From Lingula anatina (taxonomy: Eukaryota; Animalia; Brachiopoda): a stretch of 64,000 nucleotides of DNA. The stretch covers positions 21,452,001 to 21,516,000 of the forward strand of contig CM120640.1 in NCBI GenBank assembly GCA_051362555.1. Reading direction: 5' to 3'. Shown in pieces: positions 38,900 through 53,058 of the stretch. The notes under the pieces are model-generated. The model made no database searches. It saw only the letters and a list, made by a program, of their open reading frames with translations, and had not been told where the DNA came from. The number at the start of each line of letters is the position of its first letter. The stretch's first letter is position 1. Both the position numbers and the translations under genes were made by a program.

Positions 38900-41800
38900 T
38901 ATATTACTCCAGGCAAATAGTCACCTACATTTTCTATGTCAATATCGCGTGGTGCTATCATGTATCATCACCTGAACTTTCCATCTAGGACAGCAGCGCA
39001 GTGTCACGCAAACGTCTTTGAAATACTTGTACCAAAAGCTACATTGGTCTGAATGATAAGTCTCTTACTTAAACGTGCTGGTGCAATTTTTCATAAATCA
39101 AAAACCCCTCGCTTGACGTTGCATAACAGGATTCATTCATTAAGAACACCAGTTGATTGTAGTTCGAGGACTGACACAAAAGTCTAGTGCTAACATTGGG
39201 GACCTTGTGGCATTAGTCACTCAAGTCTTTGTTAAATCGACAATATTCGAGCAACACACCCTTCCTATTACGTGACAGTTAAGGGTTGATTTCGATACAA
39301 CTTTCAGAAAAAAATAAACAAGCACGAAAACCTAAAAAGTGGAAGATATGCTATACGTGCTACGAAAGGCTATATTCACGGTCGCTACAGTCAGCGTTTA
39401 GGTGCATGATATTAAAGGAATAACAACTCTTCATATGAGATCCATATTTCGCAATAAATACATAATAAACAACCCACAGAAATATAATAAATTCTATTTT
39501 ACCACCAAAACGGCGGTTATCACAATTATTTTGGAATCTGTGCCTGCAATCGAACCACGTGACTTCCACAGATGGCTACCCTCTGTAATTATCTCTTCAG
39601 AAATTTTACAAAGAAAATCAAACATTTTAGAAGAAGACAGGGACTAACTCTGAATGTCGGAACGGATTCGCATTAGTAAGTGTGGAGAAATAGCCGTTTA
39701 CTCCAGGAAAATCCAAAATGAACAGATGTTATTCCTTTAACCACACAGGACTGACTCCGTTGGTACCATGTAACGTGAATTTTAATACAGAATTTAACAT
39801 CACTCGCGTGTTAGACTAACCTTTTTGGTCTTCCAGCACAGAGCGTTCCACCTTTATCTTCTTATCTACAGGCATCATCTCCTCACAGCTAGAAGAGAAA
39901 CGGAGACGCGTGGTGTCATCTCTTAGTTAAATTCATCAAATAAAATGTGATGGAATTTTCATTTACTACCGTGGCCTTAAAGAAGAAAGAACTTATTCAG
40001 TATGCGTATTAAGTTATTTTGCTGCATTGAACGCACTTACTTACCCTTTGTTTATATCACTGTATCCGATAAAATCTATAGCAGTTAGCGAAACCTGTAA
40101 AAGATTAATACATCATGGTAAAAAATCGAAGATATTGTATTTTGTCATCTCACAAGGGACGTTACACATTTAGTTAAAAAATTTATAAAAACTAGAATCT
40201 AAATATCATTTTGTTACCTTAATCTCAATATAAATCTGAGTCGAAAGTGTATCATACCAAAGGAAAACTTACCTTTCCTGAAAAATTATTGCATTCGGCA
40301 ACAGGAGAAAAGAGCAGAGGTTGCTTCTGAAGATCAGCCATTGCATAGAACTCAGACCTCTCGCACGGCGGATGGTAAATGTCTTCTTGTCGTTTTCGTG
40401 CTGAAAAAAAAATTGTATCAACGTCACGATCCAATCTTAGATGAAATAATATTCATCTTGTTCAGATATACAACATTCAATAAGGCTAAATTTTAAAGCT
40501 TTTTTTTATTTGCTTGAAAGTTAATACACTGAAATGAACCAAACGGTTAGCAAGGTGGAAAGGAAGCGCCTTAAATAATAATAAGTTCCCATTAAGAAAA
40601 ATGTTGTTTTGTTAAGTTACGTAACAGCAGTGGCAAAACAGCTCTATTTTGTTAATCTATCAACTACATTTGCAAGAAAAAAGTTGACATATATAACTAA
40701 GCTTTGACTGATTAAAAAAGTAGTAGAATTTCATAATATTTTAGCACAAATAGCAAAGGTTTAGGCGGCCATCCAAGAAAGTAAGGCAAGAATCTAAAGC
40801 AACAGCCCAAGAGTACATATGCGTTAATGACAAAGGTTAGAAAGAAAAATGACCGAATTAAGCCATTTCAGGCAACTATGTCAGGATTTGACACTAAAAG
40901 CACCGAACCACTTTTACCTCCAGTCGCAGTACCTTTACTGTCCTTCCTTCGTTCTTCATCACGCGTTTTTCGTTCCGCACCCTTGACAGGAAAAAAAAAC
41001 ATGATATACTTATAAACAAATATTTAAGAAATTTTGGACACACTGCATGCTTGGGTGTGGGCCTTTGAATTTGCTGTTTCAATGGAAAAAGAAATACAAG
41101 ATACGCAAGCGTCATAAATTTGCCACGGAGTGTGAACTTAACCTTCTTGACAGAAACCCGATCTTGCCGATAATGTGTGCTCAGTGTTGCAAAACTCTAC
41201 ACCCGAGGCCTCTTTTTATTTTTCGTTCCTTCTGAACAGTTCATACATTGAACAATAAACTAGACTTTAAAATAAGGTTCAAACGTGCATTTGCAGTGTG
41301 CATACAAAACACTGATAACTTTGCATTAACACATAAATTGCACTTCTTAAGATATTTTTAAGAAACTTAAACTTAAAAGTTTAAAGAGATAAACTGTAGA
41401 TACAATGTTCAAACAAAGAAATAAATAAAAAAATATATTAAAATAATAGTCAATATTTTTTATTCCAATAAACGAAGATTCATTAATATTTTAAGACCCA
41501 TAAACGTAAATAAATATTTATTTTCAATTCTGGGTCGAATTGTACCTTCTTGTAGCAGTCGCCATGAAAATGGGCGTACACATAAATAATGACAATGAAA
41601 AATACTGACGAGTGGCCAGTCAATAAAGTGACCTGCTTACCTTGTCACAGAAGACTTTGAGTTGGCAGTATCCACGATGTATAGGATACGAATCCGTACT
41701 GTCCTCGAACGTGTCAATTTGGAGATGGAGCGGGAAGCCCTTGACCCCCTTCTGGTTACTGAAGTCGGTACTGAGACAGTTGACAGCTACTGACACCTAA

Positions 41801-44800
41801 AAAACACACGTCACGCTGTATGTCAGTTTTCCCCATTTATCTTCTCTTTCTGATCCCTACCAAAATGACATCTTGACTTATTTATCTACTCTCCAAATGT
41901 CTAGAAAGTGTGTTTCTGAATACCCAAGTAATGTCTTAACCTATAGGCCTATTAGTTATCAAGAGACAAAATACAATTTGTAAATCCCATAAATCACGTA
42001 AATCACTATTTGTTGGCGGAATTTATAAACTTTCCAACACATAATTTGTTGTATATGTGATATGACTGCAAAAGTACCTTAACACGTCTTAAATAATGTA
42101 TTGGGGTTAGGGCAATTTACCTTGGCGGGTTGTTCCTTTGGATTCCATCGAACCACCACTGCATTGTGTGCTATTTCATCCACACAATTACTAATAATCC
42201 CAGTGCTGTTCTTTGTATCTGAAAAAAAAAGCATATAAAAGTCTGTTCTTTCCCAAACACAAACAAGGTGTTGTTTGCGATATATAATACATTAGTAAGC
42301 GACTTATTACCGTTAACGTTCAACCCTGAGAAATAAAGAAATCATTCCTTTTCTGTGTTCTGAATTTTTGAAAATTAAAATGCGTAATTTAACATCTATG
42401 GCTCTAGTGATATGCCAACACAATACGTCATTTAGACTTTATAACCAGTGCCACAAAGTCAAACTTGTAAAACGCAACAGACAAACATGTACGAGAGGCA
42501 GTATAGGGGTTAAATAAAAATTGGGCTTCATGTTGACATGGATTTCTTTTCATCTCAAAGTGCAGTGATTACAGTTATTACGTTACTTCTTTGTATGCTT
42601 GTGTGCTTAGCGCAAAACTTCGACTCACCTATGTCTAGAATGCGCTGTTTGATGCTATGTTGCCTGCTGTGCCAAAACTCCCAAGCTTTCATTTCATCGT
42701 CAATTGTTTTGTCGTCACGGAATACTAGCATTATTACAGACTAGAATGTCAAGCAAAATGTGTTGGTTAATTCAATGATATTAATATGTACCTTATCAAC
42801 AGGAAGGATCTGTAATTTATATCCACAAAATACATCAAAACTCTTTTTAGCAATAACTAGATCTTAAAATATCGTATTATTAAAACCACTGAACAACAGG
42901 ACCATTCAAAGGGGGCAGTATAAAACCTCCTTCGCTCGACTTGTCTGTTTGCAAGTGTATTTTAAGAAAGATTAAAGGAGAACGCTCTCCCCTCACTGTG
43001 ATGCCACTGACTCCATCTTTGCTACAGCACCATGGTGGGAGTCATACAATATGCAGACCTTACTTTTAAAATAAAAAAGTGCTGTCACACAGTCACAGCA
43101 TGGGTCAATTTGGAACTAGAGGACAAATCTGCCACTGGGGAGAGGGGGTGTCTAGATTTTAGTTCGTCACGCGCAGGCGCCCTACTCCCACCTCACTGAT
43201 GGGGTAAGAGTTGATATGTTTTGTTCCAATTCTTTTATCTTACCTTGACAGTATGACATTTCATGATCCGATCCCCTAGGACATTGTCAAGCGTTATTGT
43301 GTAGAACTGACCTGGAAAGAGAACGGTAGCTTGAGGTCAACATTAAGTATAAAAGCTAGCAACCACGCGGAAAGCATCTTGTCAGTCGATTGAAGTTTTT
43401 TTTTCTTTCGGTAAAAAGAAAGAGAACATATTGTTTCAAAAACGTCTGTTACGATCAGGGGAAGGGTAGGCGAGACAATGACTGCTCTCAGGGGGGAGCC
43501 AGAATCGTGAATAAACAAGATCTGGTTTTCAATGAAAATACAATGTTCACTCGAGTAGGCAAAATTAACCTTCCGTTCGATCAAGTCGCTCTAAAAAAAC
43601 ACTCTAGAAACTAGCTTCTTCGTGAAAACCGCACAGTCCTTTCTTGGGTTTCAAAAATATAGCATGAACATAGAAAACAAAAACGTAGATAGAACCAACA
43701 ACACGGTTACCACCTTAGACAGACTTTAGTCGGTGTTTACCTTTATTCATATAAGTCATTCTATCTTCATCAATCCTCTGACTGGTAGATATTGGCGCCT
43801 CCAGTGAGTAGCGATATCCAGTAATATCATTCTCACTGAAATAATAACAGTTAAAGAAATAGGACTGGCCTACATGGAGCTATATAAATTATATCTATTA
43901 TACTTAATATGATTAAGTTGTGAAGCAAAGTTATCATACTTCATTTCATAACAGTTTGAAGTTATGTTATAATGTACTCGTATCATCTCTACGTACAACA
44001 GTACATAGAAAGTACAATAGTAACTGTAATACAAAAGTATAAGACCGAGATAATGTGGCCTTTCAGTACAACCACGCGTGTTCTCAGCGATTTCCATCGT
44101 GATCTTTCAACATAACATGTCAGACATGAATTAGTAGATTATCTGAATTTACTGTAAAAGCTGTTTCGCATGTTCAAAACATATTTTATTTATTATCCAA
44201 CTGTTGCTCTATTAGGTTCCGTGTTTTTCTTATCAGTAACAGCATCCTCTTTTACAAATTTGATATGACAATTTTGGAAATACAAAGAATATGTATATAT
44301 ATTTTAAGCACTATCATTTTAATCAGAATTGCAAATAACCCAATGTCAATTCATCGAAAAAAACAATCGAGCAAAGGGCTACTGTCACCCTCTAGAGAAC
44401 GGAATTTTCAAAGTTCTTATTTGATCTTTAGTGTTAAATGATAAAAGATAAACCGTCTATTATCGTTGTTCCTCTAGAGGATGTTAACCTTTTCAAAAAA
44501 AGATTTAAAACATGAAACATTACTCCATAAAAGTACATTTGCGTTAAATGACACAGAAATGATTAAATATTCAGCTTTTGTGGGTTCATGATATCATAGT
44601 ACATAATCTAATAGACTTACAGTTTGGGGATGGTAGACGATGGAGGGTATATGAATTTAGATGGCGTCTGATTGCAGTGCTTGCTGGAGTTGGATGACAC
44701 CGAGGAACGCCTGCGTTTCACTCCCCGTTCTTTCGAAGGACTGTGGTTGCTGCTGTTTGTTGTAACGGTGGGGTAGAAAGACGGGCCAGTTTCTCCAAAT

Positions 44801-47673
44801 ACCTGAAAGTAAAAGTTGATTTAAACTACTAATTAAACTACTAATTAATCTTCTATTTTTGTTTTTCAAATAATCTACTCATAGCCTAAGCATCTTATAA
44901 TACACTTTGTGACATGACAAAGGCCGGTTTCGTTTGAAATGTATGAACGACATGTAAAAGTCCTTCTACGAAAAAATCGTGATTTTTTTGTTATATTTTA
45001 TGTTCCTAGTTTTATTATCGAAGACCCTGGCAGCAAGACGTTATCCTTTTTAACCAATATATCCCCCTAAATCCTCACCGGTGGTGATGTAGCATCCGTG
45101 GGCGAGTTGCAGTTCTCATTGTATCCACTGTCTGGAGACTTCAAATTATAATTCTCCGTTCCTAGAGACGATCTCACTGGAAAAGTGCTATAATCCACAG
45201 GGAAGGCGGCGTTGCTGACAACATCGTGACCAAATCCGTTCATGGTTTGTGGACCATTTTGTAGAGCCTGAGACAGACTCGTGGGTGGACTAGGACGGGA
45301 TTGGTGTTGGGGAAATTCGGCTTGGCTCGATGCACTGAACCCATTTTGATATACAATATTTAAGAAATCTGCATTTTGATACGGTTGATGATGAGAGTTG
45401 GAAGGGTTGGCGTAAGTTGTGGAAGCCACTGCATGGCCATTGAAGTCGTGCGATATGGCCGATGTTGGATGGTGCCATTGAGACTGGGTGACAACAGGTC
45501 CCGGATGGTAATCCAGACCGTTAGAATGCAGGCCGTTGTAACTGATGTCTGTCATTTGGCTTTCATTTTGTAAATCATAGTCTCCATGAAGATCTTCCAA
45601 AAAACTGTCCGAGCGTACCAACACAAAGTCATTTCCATGTTCCCCGGTTTCTGTTCTAGCAGACACCACTCCATTTCGCTGCTGCTCAACAACAGTGTGG
45701 CCGAGAGGAATATTGTGTTCTATTTTCTTCCTCAAAATTTTCTCTGTGAGAGCCTGCATAAGTCTCTTTGTATTTTCAGATGGCTTGGCATCTGTGTCTA
45801 CACTGTCATCATGTACGACTCCATTTAACCTGAGATCATCATAGCAGTGTCCATTTGTTCCTCCATTAAGTTTCATTTTCAGTAAGTCATTAACATTACC
45901 AGGGTTATTAATATGAATGTCCATGTTGTTGTTGTTGTTGGCACTGTTATTTTGCAGGCTGCAATGTTTTGTTCCTTCTTGTTTGATTACGACGTTCAAT
46001 ATGGCCGAATTAACTGTACATACAGAATCTCCCTCTGGCTGCGACGACTTGCATTCTTTTCCGTCGCTAAAGTTGAAATTGTCTTTCAGACAGTTTTCGC
46101 TGTCATCGAGATGATCGTTTTTGTCTATACTACCGTTCTGAAAAAGGAATAGTATGCACAATATATGACATTACACACATTTAAGAATACGAAATGATTA
46201 CCATGAATAATCTCATACTGCAACGAAATGGACGGAGTTTATGACAATTTCATGTTTTTTTTTCTAGAAATAGTCGTACTTACTTCAAAAACTCGTATTT
46301 GCCTGTGGACAATTTGAAGAAAAAAAGTTGTCTGTAATGCGCTTGCCGTTTTAAGTTTCAACGATATAAAACATAGGTCAATAAACTCAGTAAATGAACA
46401 TTTAGCACGAGGATGCTGGTAACGCACCTGTCTCTGTGGATAATGACGTCTCTGTGAGGAAGAGGGTCTGGGCGACGGTCTCTCCTGGGTCGTATTGGCT
46501 CTGTCATTCAGAATGTTCTCCAGCTCCTGTGACAACCATGGGTCCTCCGACTTCGGCTGCCCTTCGCTGCTGCTTATGCTGTCACTGCTATCGCTGCTGG
46601 GGGCACTGGAAAGGTTCGCATTTTCAATATGTGCTGCCCGTTTGAAGTAACACGCACACACAAGCAGTCACAGTTAACACAGATAAAACACACTTTGACA
46701 TGCAAGCCCGGCATTTGTACTAGACAGAGAGCTATATTGGTCAGCACCCAAATGATGATTACCTTATGACACGAGCACAAAAGACGGTATCGTCAATAGA
46801 AACTGCGCGTGCTTGGATCCCCCCTGCCATGTGGCGGAGACAAACACGGAGCATGTCACCTGTCACTGGCACACGGAAGAACAATAAGCCGCACTGTTAA
46901 CTAATAAGAGTACAGCAAAACGCCCTCCTTAATGAATCTTATAAACTATTTGATATTAACTTGACGGAATTTATGAGACAGGATACCAATTGGTGATACA
47001 AACTAGACATCGCTTCTTAATGTTAACGACCTGTTGTCTGGCAAAAAGACTTGATGAAAAAAAAACAGCTGTTTCACTTTTAATTATCTTATTAAAGAAA
47101 ATATTTGCGGATGCTGCGCTCTTGTCAGTATTAATATAGAAATGTATTGTAGTTGGTATTGAAATTTGTAGCTGTGGTTTCATTCCAGCTAGGATCCTAG
47201 ATTCTAGTGAATTGATTCAGTTCAGGATGTTGTCTTGATATCAATGCATGTTTCGATTAAGTAGTTACTTTTTATTTCTATTGTGGTATATTTGATCCTT
47301 TAAATCATCCCATTATGTATGCCTGATAGGAATGTTTTGTCATTTTAGAAAAGCGGCGCACAGAACTCTGCAAATCTTGCTTTGTGAAAATAAAGAAAGA
47401 CAAGGATAAACTAAAGTCTCTTAAAATACAGATTTTGCAAAAAGTAAAGATAAAACCAATCCAACTTAAGTGTGCCAAAATTCAAGACTGAACGTTCCAG
47501 AAACTTTTTGGTCTCGCTTTCTTTAACAAACTTTCAGAGGTCCATTTTTAATTCGAATTCAATTTGATTTTTATGAAAAGCTTTTATTTTATATAAATAT
47601 TTCATTTCATAATTTTTTCGAACTTTATTATCCGTACAACTTCAAAATTTTGGTTGTAATGTTTCAAATAAAC

Positions 47674-47719
<46 letters not shown>

Positions 47720-50700
47720 GTGCAAGAATTTGATTTTTTCAAAAACACCGCGCTTGGATAATTTCCATTTATTTCCTTATGTAAAGTATCTGTAAAAAAA
47801 ACTCCTACACACTTCAAATTAGGATTGATTTATAGCAACCATGTCATTTAGTTGAAAACAGAGGTGCCCCTTTAAACAGAGCACTTAGGTGCAAGAATGT
47901 GTCAGTTTCTCTAATTTTCCTTGCTAAATTGTAAAAAAAAAACACATTACGTAACCTTAGCATTTTCCTGAATAAGTACAAGATAACACACGTATCCAAG
48001 ATACCTGGGAAGATATTGACTGAGTACATACTAACTTTCCAACCCAGCAGAGCAGACAATTACGACCTGGGACAATTTATTTTTGACATATTTTTAAGGT
48101 GATAAAAACACTCTTCTTGTAACAAACTAATTGCGTAAGCTGTGCACTATGGCAGCGTGTCAAGGCACGTAGGCGTCAGTATCCGAACACCTGAATTCGC
48201 TTTTCATCCTGTGCCGCACCTTCGTCTATAAAGGTAAGGGATAAGGATTGTTACGTTGTTAAAAACATAATAAATAAAATTTACTAAGACCTCCTACCTC
48301 GGTGTCCCATTCAGTCCCAACAAACCGTTATTTTCTCGATTTAATGCAAAACGGAAAAGCACTACTTGTTTCACTTTTTCCGTGGACAAATTATTTTCGT
48401 GGACAAACTATTTTCAAACCAATACGTTTTTTTTTCTATTCAGTCGTTTAACGGATGAACTGGGATATCATGATTCAAGTAATAAGTATGGTGACGGCAT
48501 AAATCAGAAAGTACCGTCGGATAAGATGCGACAATCGATAATTGTTATCGTTTTTTTAGGCAACGTCGGGCAGATTATTGCTTTTCGCACGTACAGAGGG
48601 GTGACATAATGCGTTCACAAAAAGTCCTATACAGAGCGGTCTTGATTCGGACATACATTACCCAAATGTGTTAACAGCGAAAAGGAGGATGATTGCATGA
48701 CATTATACAGATGATACTCCAGGGGACCACGGACTGTTAAGTCCTTTTCCCAAATCTATACTTACTGACTAAAACTTTAACGGTAACCACCCTGGGACAA
48801 CTGTCTCAGGCTGGCACCAAACAGGGCGCCAACAAGAGTCATTCTGTAAAATAGCGGATTTAGGGACATGAAATGAATTAATTAAAGAACTAAACACATT
48901 TTCCTGAAGGGCGCAACGCCTCTTCGGTGTACACTGGCCAGCAACTTATTGACTAAAAGCCCCCAAATACTGCACCGAAAAAATGGCAAATTAACGGTTA
49001 CATGCACTTTTCATATTTCTACTACTGTACTAGTTCTGCAGTCATTCCATAGCTTAAGTTCAGATAACATGCCTTTAGGACATTAGTACCAGCTACCTAA
49101 AAAAAGAGAAAAAAGCTCCAAGACAGTGAAACATACACTCTGCCCCTTCGTCCATTGATCAATTTTTTTTTGCGTGTTTAGATAGTATAAAATATTGAGG
49201 TGCGATGAAAAAAGCTCCACGCACGCTACCACTCCCTTGCTGTTCTGAAAACAGAGATAGGCCGCGATTACATGGGTGCGTTCACCGTAACAGCACCCAA
49301 AATGATCAGATATTATCGTAAGTGTTACGCCAAGACGCAAAGGTTACACGGAAAATCTTAATTGTTAAAGTATAGGCGCCATTATTACTATTCAATGACT
49401 TAAGTTTTATTTCGTGGTTTTTAGCTAACCATAAACAGATACCCTCGTAAGGAAAATGGGAGAAAACACGTGATGTTTCACATATTTTGACATAGTATTA
49501 AAATATACAAAACCATGCAGTTTTTAATTTTTTTCTTTGGCCGAAACATATCAGAAACATATTTTTTGAGATAATGATTACTTTGTATGTAAATAGTAAA
49601 TATTATTTATTTATTAACGTGATATAGATACACAAATCACCCAGCCTCGTGGGCCTACAAGTCACCGAACCGTACATACATCAGAAACAAACCAAATAAA
49701 AAAATCTTAGATTAAGGTTAAAAGTTATAATTAAGCAAACACTATAATTTATGGTACACTGTTGAACCATAACTAGAGCTGACTGCCTTAAACTAAAACT
49801 GTTCTTTAAAATGCCATGTCTGTAGGTTTATTTCCAATAAGTCTATCAGTATTTTAGATAAATCTTCCCGGTCCTCATGATTACAGTCCAAGTCTCCCAG
49901 AATCTTACATGTATGTAATGCTAATTCATTTATTTTCTTTTTCTCATATTGATACAATTCTGATAAAAAAATGACAAGGAACACCTGTGTCTGTAACAGC
50001 ACGACTCATCGTATGCTTTTTTCGCTGCATAAAACATCATCTAACAGATAAGAATAGTAACTGTTTTGAATTGCAGATGTGAATTACAAGTTTCTTTGGA
50101 AATACACAGCGACATTTTTTACATCTTCGAAGGCCTCGGGTCTTTGTGACAGGTCACGTAGAGCGTGCAGGTGATTAACATAACCACAACTTGTTGAAGT
50201 CAGCGTTGGTCAATTTGCCATGATGATATGGTGTGGAAATTTTTTTTTTTTACTTTTTTCAAAGTCTCACGAGGTTATTGAGCCCCCAAGGTCGATCATC
50301 GTACCGGTAAGGCGCCGTACAGAGCGATAAAGTATTCCAACCCCTTTGGGTATCCCCTAAGTCGGGGCGGAAGAAATCTGCGCCCGCAATGTACTTCAAG
50401 GGTAGAGGCACCAAGATAATTCTTGACCACAACACAGCGATGTCCTATCGGACAAACCTTTGCCTGAACGTAAATTATACGCCTTACTTATGTTTTCTTT
50501 AAAGGTATAACAGATAATGTATCTCGCAGTAAATATTCAATATTTGGACAGGGAAGGTAATTTCGCCTACGGTAACACGATTAAGACTTGAAATATATTT
50601 TGGAATATATTTTGGTCGGCATGGACAAGATAATCAGTAGTCGGTACCTTTTGCTTCTTGATTTTAAAAAACTTAACGCCCCTAAACCGCAGACCCAGGG

Positions 50701-51991
50701 GCTGTTAGATGAATGCCAGATAAAAAGGAAGAGGACTTTGATTGTGATCTTTACAAAAAGCTCGAACGTATTTCTTTCTATATTGTACATGCACTTGTAT
50801 TGGGACAACAAATACCAGGTCTCTATCTCATTCTCTGGGTAAAATATCTATCAGGTTTATACTTTAATGCTTTTTTCAGCCTCAGAGTTCTCTTCCCCCT
50901 CTCACACCATACACTGCGTGTTAATACCTGTCCACTTAATGCAGGCCCGTAGCCAGCAATTTGAAAAGGGGGGTTCTTTTTTTGAAAAAGTGGACCTTTT
51001 CTCATAAAAACTTCATGTACCTAGATAAAATTTTACCCAGAGTGGACCTTTTTCCAGCAAAAGGGGCGGTTCTTTCGAACCCCCCGAACCCCCCCTGGCT
51101 ACGGGCCTGTAATGCTCTGTCTAATACACGAATATAGGATGGGATTTCCATTGATAAAAAAGGTGACCAAAATGACATGTCAAACTCACTTTCTTAAAAA
51201 AATACAAAGATTTGGCATGTAGATATGATTTTGCAACATTCGTGTTTAGATCTTCTCAAGCAACCACAAATGACCTTATTCGGCTACATTCAGAAAAAAT
51301 TCTTTCTTAAGGCTTGGTAATTTGGTCATGCGCTAGGCTTATTTTAGTGTCTCGGAAGGTGTAAATTATATTTATCTGCAGATGCTATCGGCAAGTTATG
51401 ATGCCAGTGGTCTAGGCATTACCATAGCGTCATCTACAATAAACATGTTTAAAAAAATTTGAAAAAAAAAGACGTACGGAAATACACTGTGATCTTCAGG
51501 GTACTAATCGTAACCGTGTTCATGATTTGACGTGGGCACCCCATGTGAAAGATGGAAAATGAAATCAGTATATACCCGACAGTATTTAAAACCAAGTCAG
51601 AAAACGCTTTTTAAGTGATGATATTCCATGTCAAGGCAAAATTTGTAAGTAAACATCCAGTTGAGAAAACTTACTTCCCAAACGTACAAAACGAAAAACG
51701 GGAAAAATTATAATTTACCTGAAAGAATCTTTCTCTGTTCCAGCTGCCTTGTCTTGCCTTTCACTTTTATCAAGTAAATCTTGGATGGATTCGTATTTGT
51801 CCCCAACCTTAAGATCACCCCTGTCGATCGCAGGTAAGTTATGGTATTCGTGAAGAAGCGCCAGTGCTGACGCATGCGCATCTTCACCATCGATAGCAGT
51901 GGTGGCAGCGGTGAGGGGGTGGCCGAAAAAGGCCCGTATGTCTGCCGGGATCTCATCGGCCTTTAGAGTGTCTGTTTGCAGAGAAACATGC
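37925..51991 (-). CDS. grh: Grainyhead-like transcription factor (CP2 DNA-binding and dimerisation domains); first exon unresolved
   Basis: Exons (minus) 51991-51719, 46605-46428, 46137-45079, 44802-44621, 43835-43741, 43311-43244, 42740-42629, 42218-42121, 41796-41641, 40981-40918, 40400-40273, 40094-40045, 39888-39821, 38753-38668, 38272-38208, 38057-37925, phases compatible. Motifs [12 protein letters not shown]...[78 protein letters not shown] and [16 protein letters not shown]. Confidence 0.95.
38826..38896. repeat. (CA)n(GA)n compound microsatellite
   Basis: Seen directly. Confidence 0.9.
39412..39740. mobile_element. MITE family A, copy 3 (diverged, grainyhead intron)
   Basis: TTAA-AGGAATAACAACTCTTC ... 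GATGTTATTCCT-TTAA. Shares the internal blocks AGAAATATAAT, TTTTACCAC, CCACGTGAC, CAGGGACTAACT and GTTTACTCCAGGAAAAT with copies 1 and 2. Confidence 0.85.
47677..47718. repeat. (ATT)n microsatellite
   Basis: Seen directly. Confidence 0.9.
50942..51109. mobile_element. 168-bp MITE with perfect 15-bp TIR and 5-bp target duplication
   Basis: TAATG-CAGGCCCGTAGCCAG ... CTGGCTACGGGCCTG-TAATG. AGTGGACCTTTT is duplicated internally. Confidence 0.88.
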
Positions 51992-52989
51992 CTGAAAAAA
52001 TTGATGTAAACTGTATTGGTATAGTTTGAAAATGACTTCTAAATGTTATTCCCCTGGTCGCTTCACGAGTCATTACACACACAAACAAAAAGTCAGGCCA
52101 GTGAAACTTGAAACTCTACGTCCTCAAAAAACCACAGCTAAATTAATTTTTTCACACATCTTTGGTCAACAAATACTCGAGTGGTAACAAACAGTGAAGG
52201 AAGAATGTTTATCAACTCTTGACTTCCACTTTTGTTATATATTAACTTAACACTTAAAAAGATATGGCAGGAGTACACAGAAGGGAAAATGCAGACAAAA
52301 ATGCATAAGTCAATGTTTGATTTGTTCTGCTCCGTTGAAAATCGCATATTTGAATGGATCATGGACAACAAAAGAAAAACATAAAAAAAATTCATTTGAA
52401 TCTATTTCGCTTAACCGCTATAAGCTGCTTCGAGAAGGCAAACATGGTCCATTGTTTTCATCTGTCCGTTAACCACTGCCCAGGTGGGACAGAAATAAAC
52501 TGATTGCGGAGTCCCACATATCAAAACAAAGTGTTTGAAGTACTACGATGATGCAGAGTGGACACGTAGTAATTAATTTCATTGTCGTAACCTCCCTTCC
52601 GCTCACCCAGCGTGCATTAAATAAATCAGATCATTCACAGGCTGTGACAAATAGGACCATTAGCGTTCCATTCACTCCGCCAATTTTTACCTGGCCATTG
52701 TCTCACTCACACCCATTTAATGTGTTCGTTCAGGTACGCACAGAGCCTGGCGAATTAAAACACCTCCGATCTGGACCCCCACGGATCTGACAACAAAATT
52801 CGACCATCAACTTGCCAACAACAATGCGATATTAGCTGATATTGATGATAACCTGGCATCGAGTAATTAACGCAGCGTGACAAGTAAATTGCTGGTTGTC
52901 AGAATGTAAAGTCGTTACCAATGCTTACCAGTTATTCTAAGACCGCCCACGTCACAATATAAGGACCAAAAGTGACAAATATGCAATTT

Positions 52990-52992
<3 letters not shown>

Positions 52993-53029
<37 letters not shown>

Positions 53030-53058
53030 TGTGTGAGTGAGAGAGAGTGAGAGAGAGA
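52993..53058. repeat. (TG)n(GA)n microsatellite
   Basis: Seen directly. Confidence 0.9.

Noticed and set aside
46606-46661. Upstream acceptor or start for the 46428 grainyhead exon as in the ORF track
   Set aside because: The acceptor at 46633 is in the wrong phase for the 51719 donor, whereas TTCCAG| at 46605 fits.
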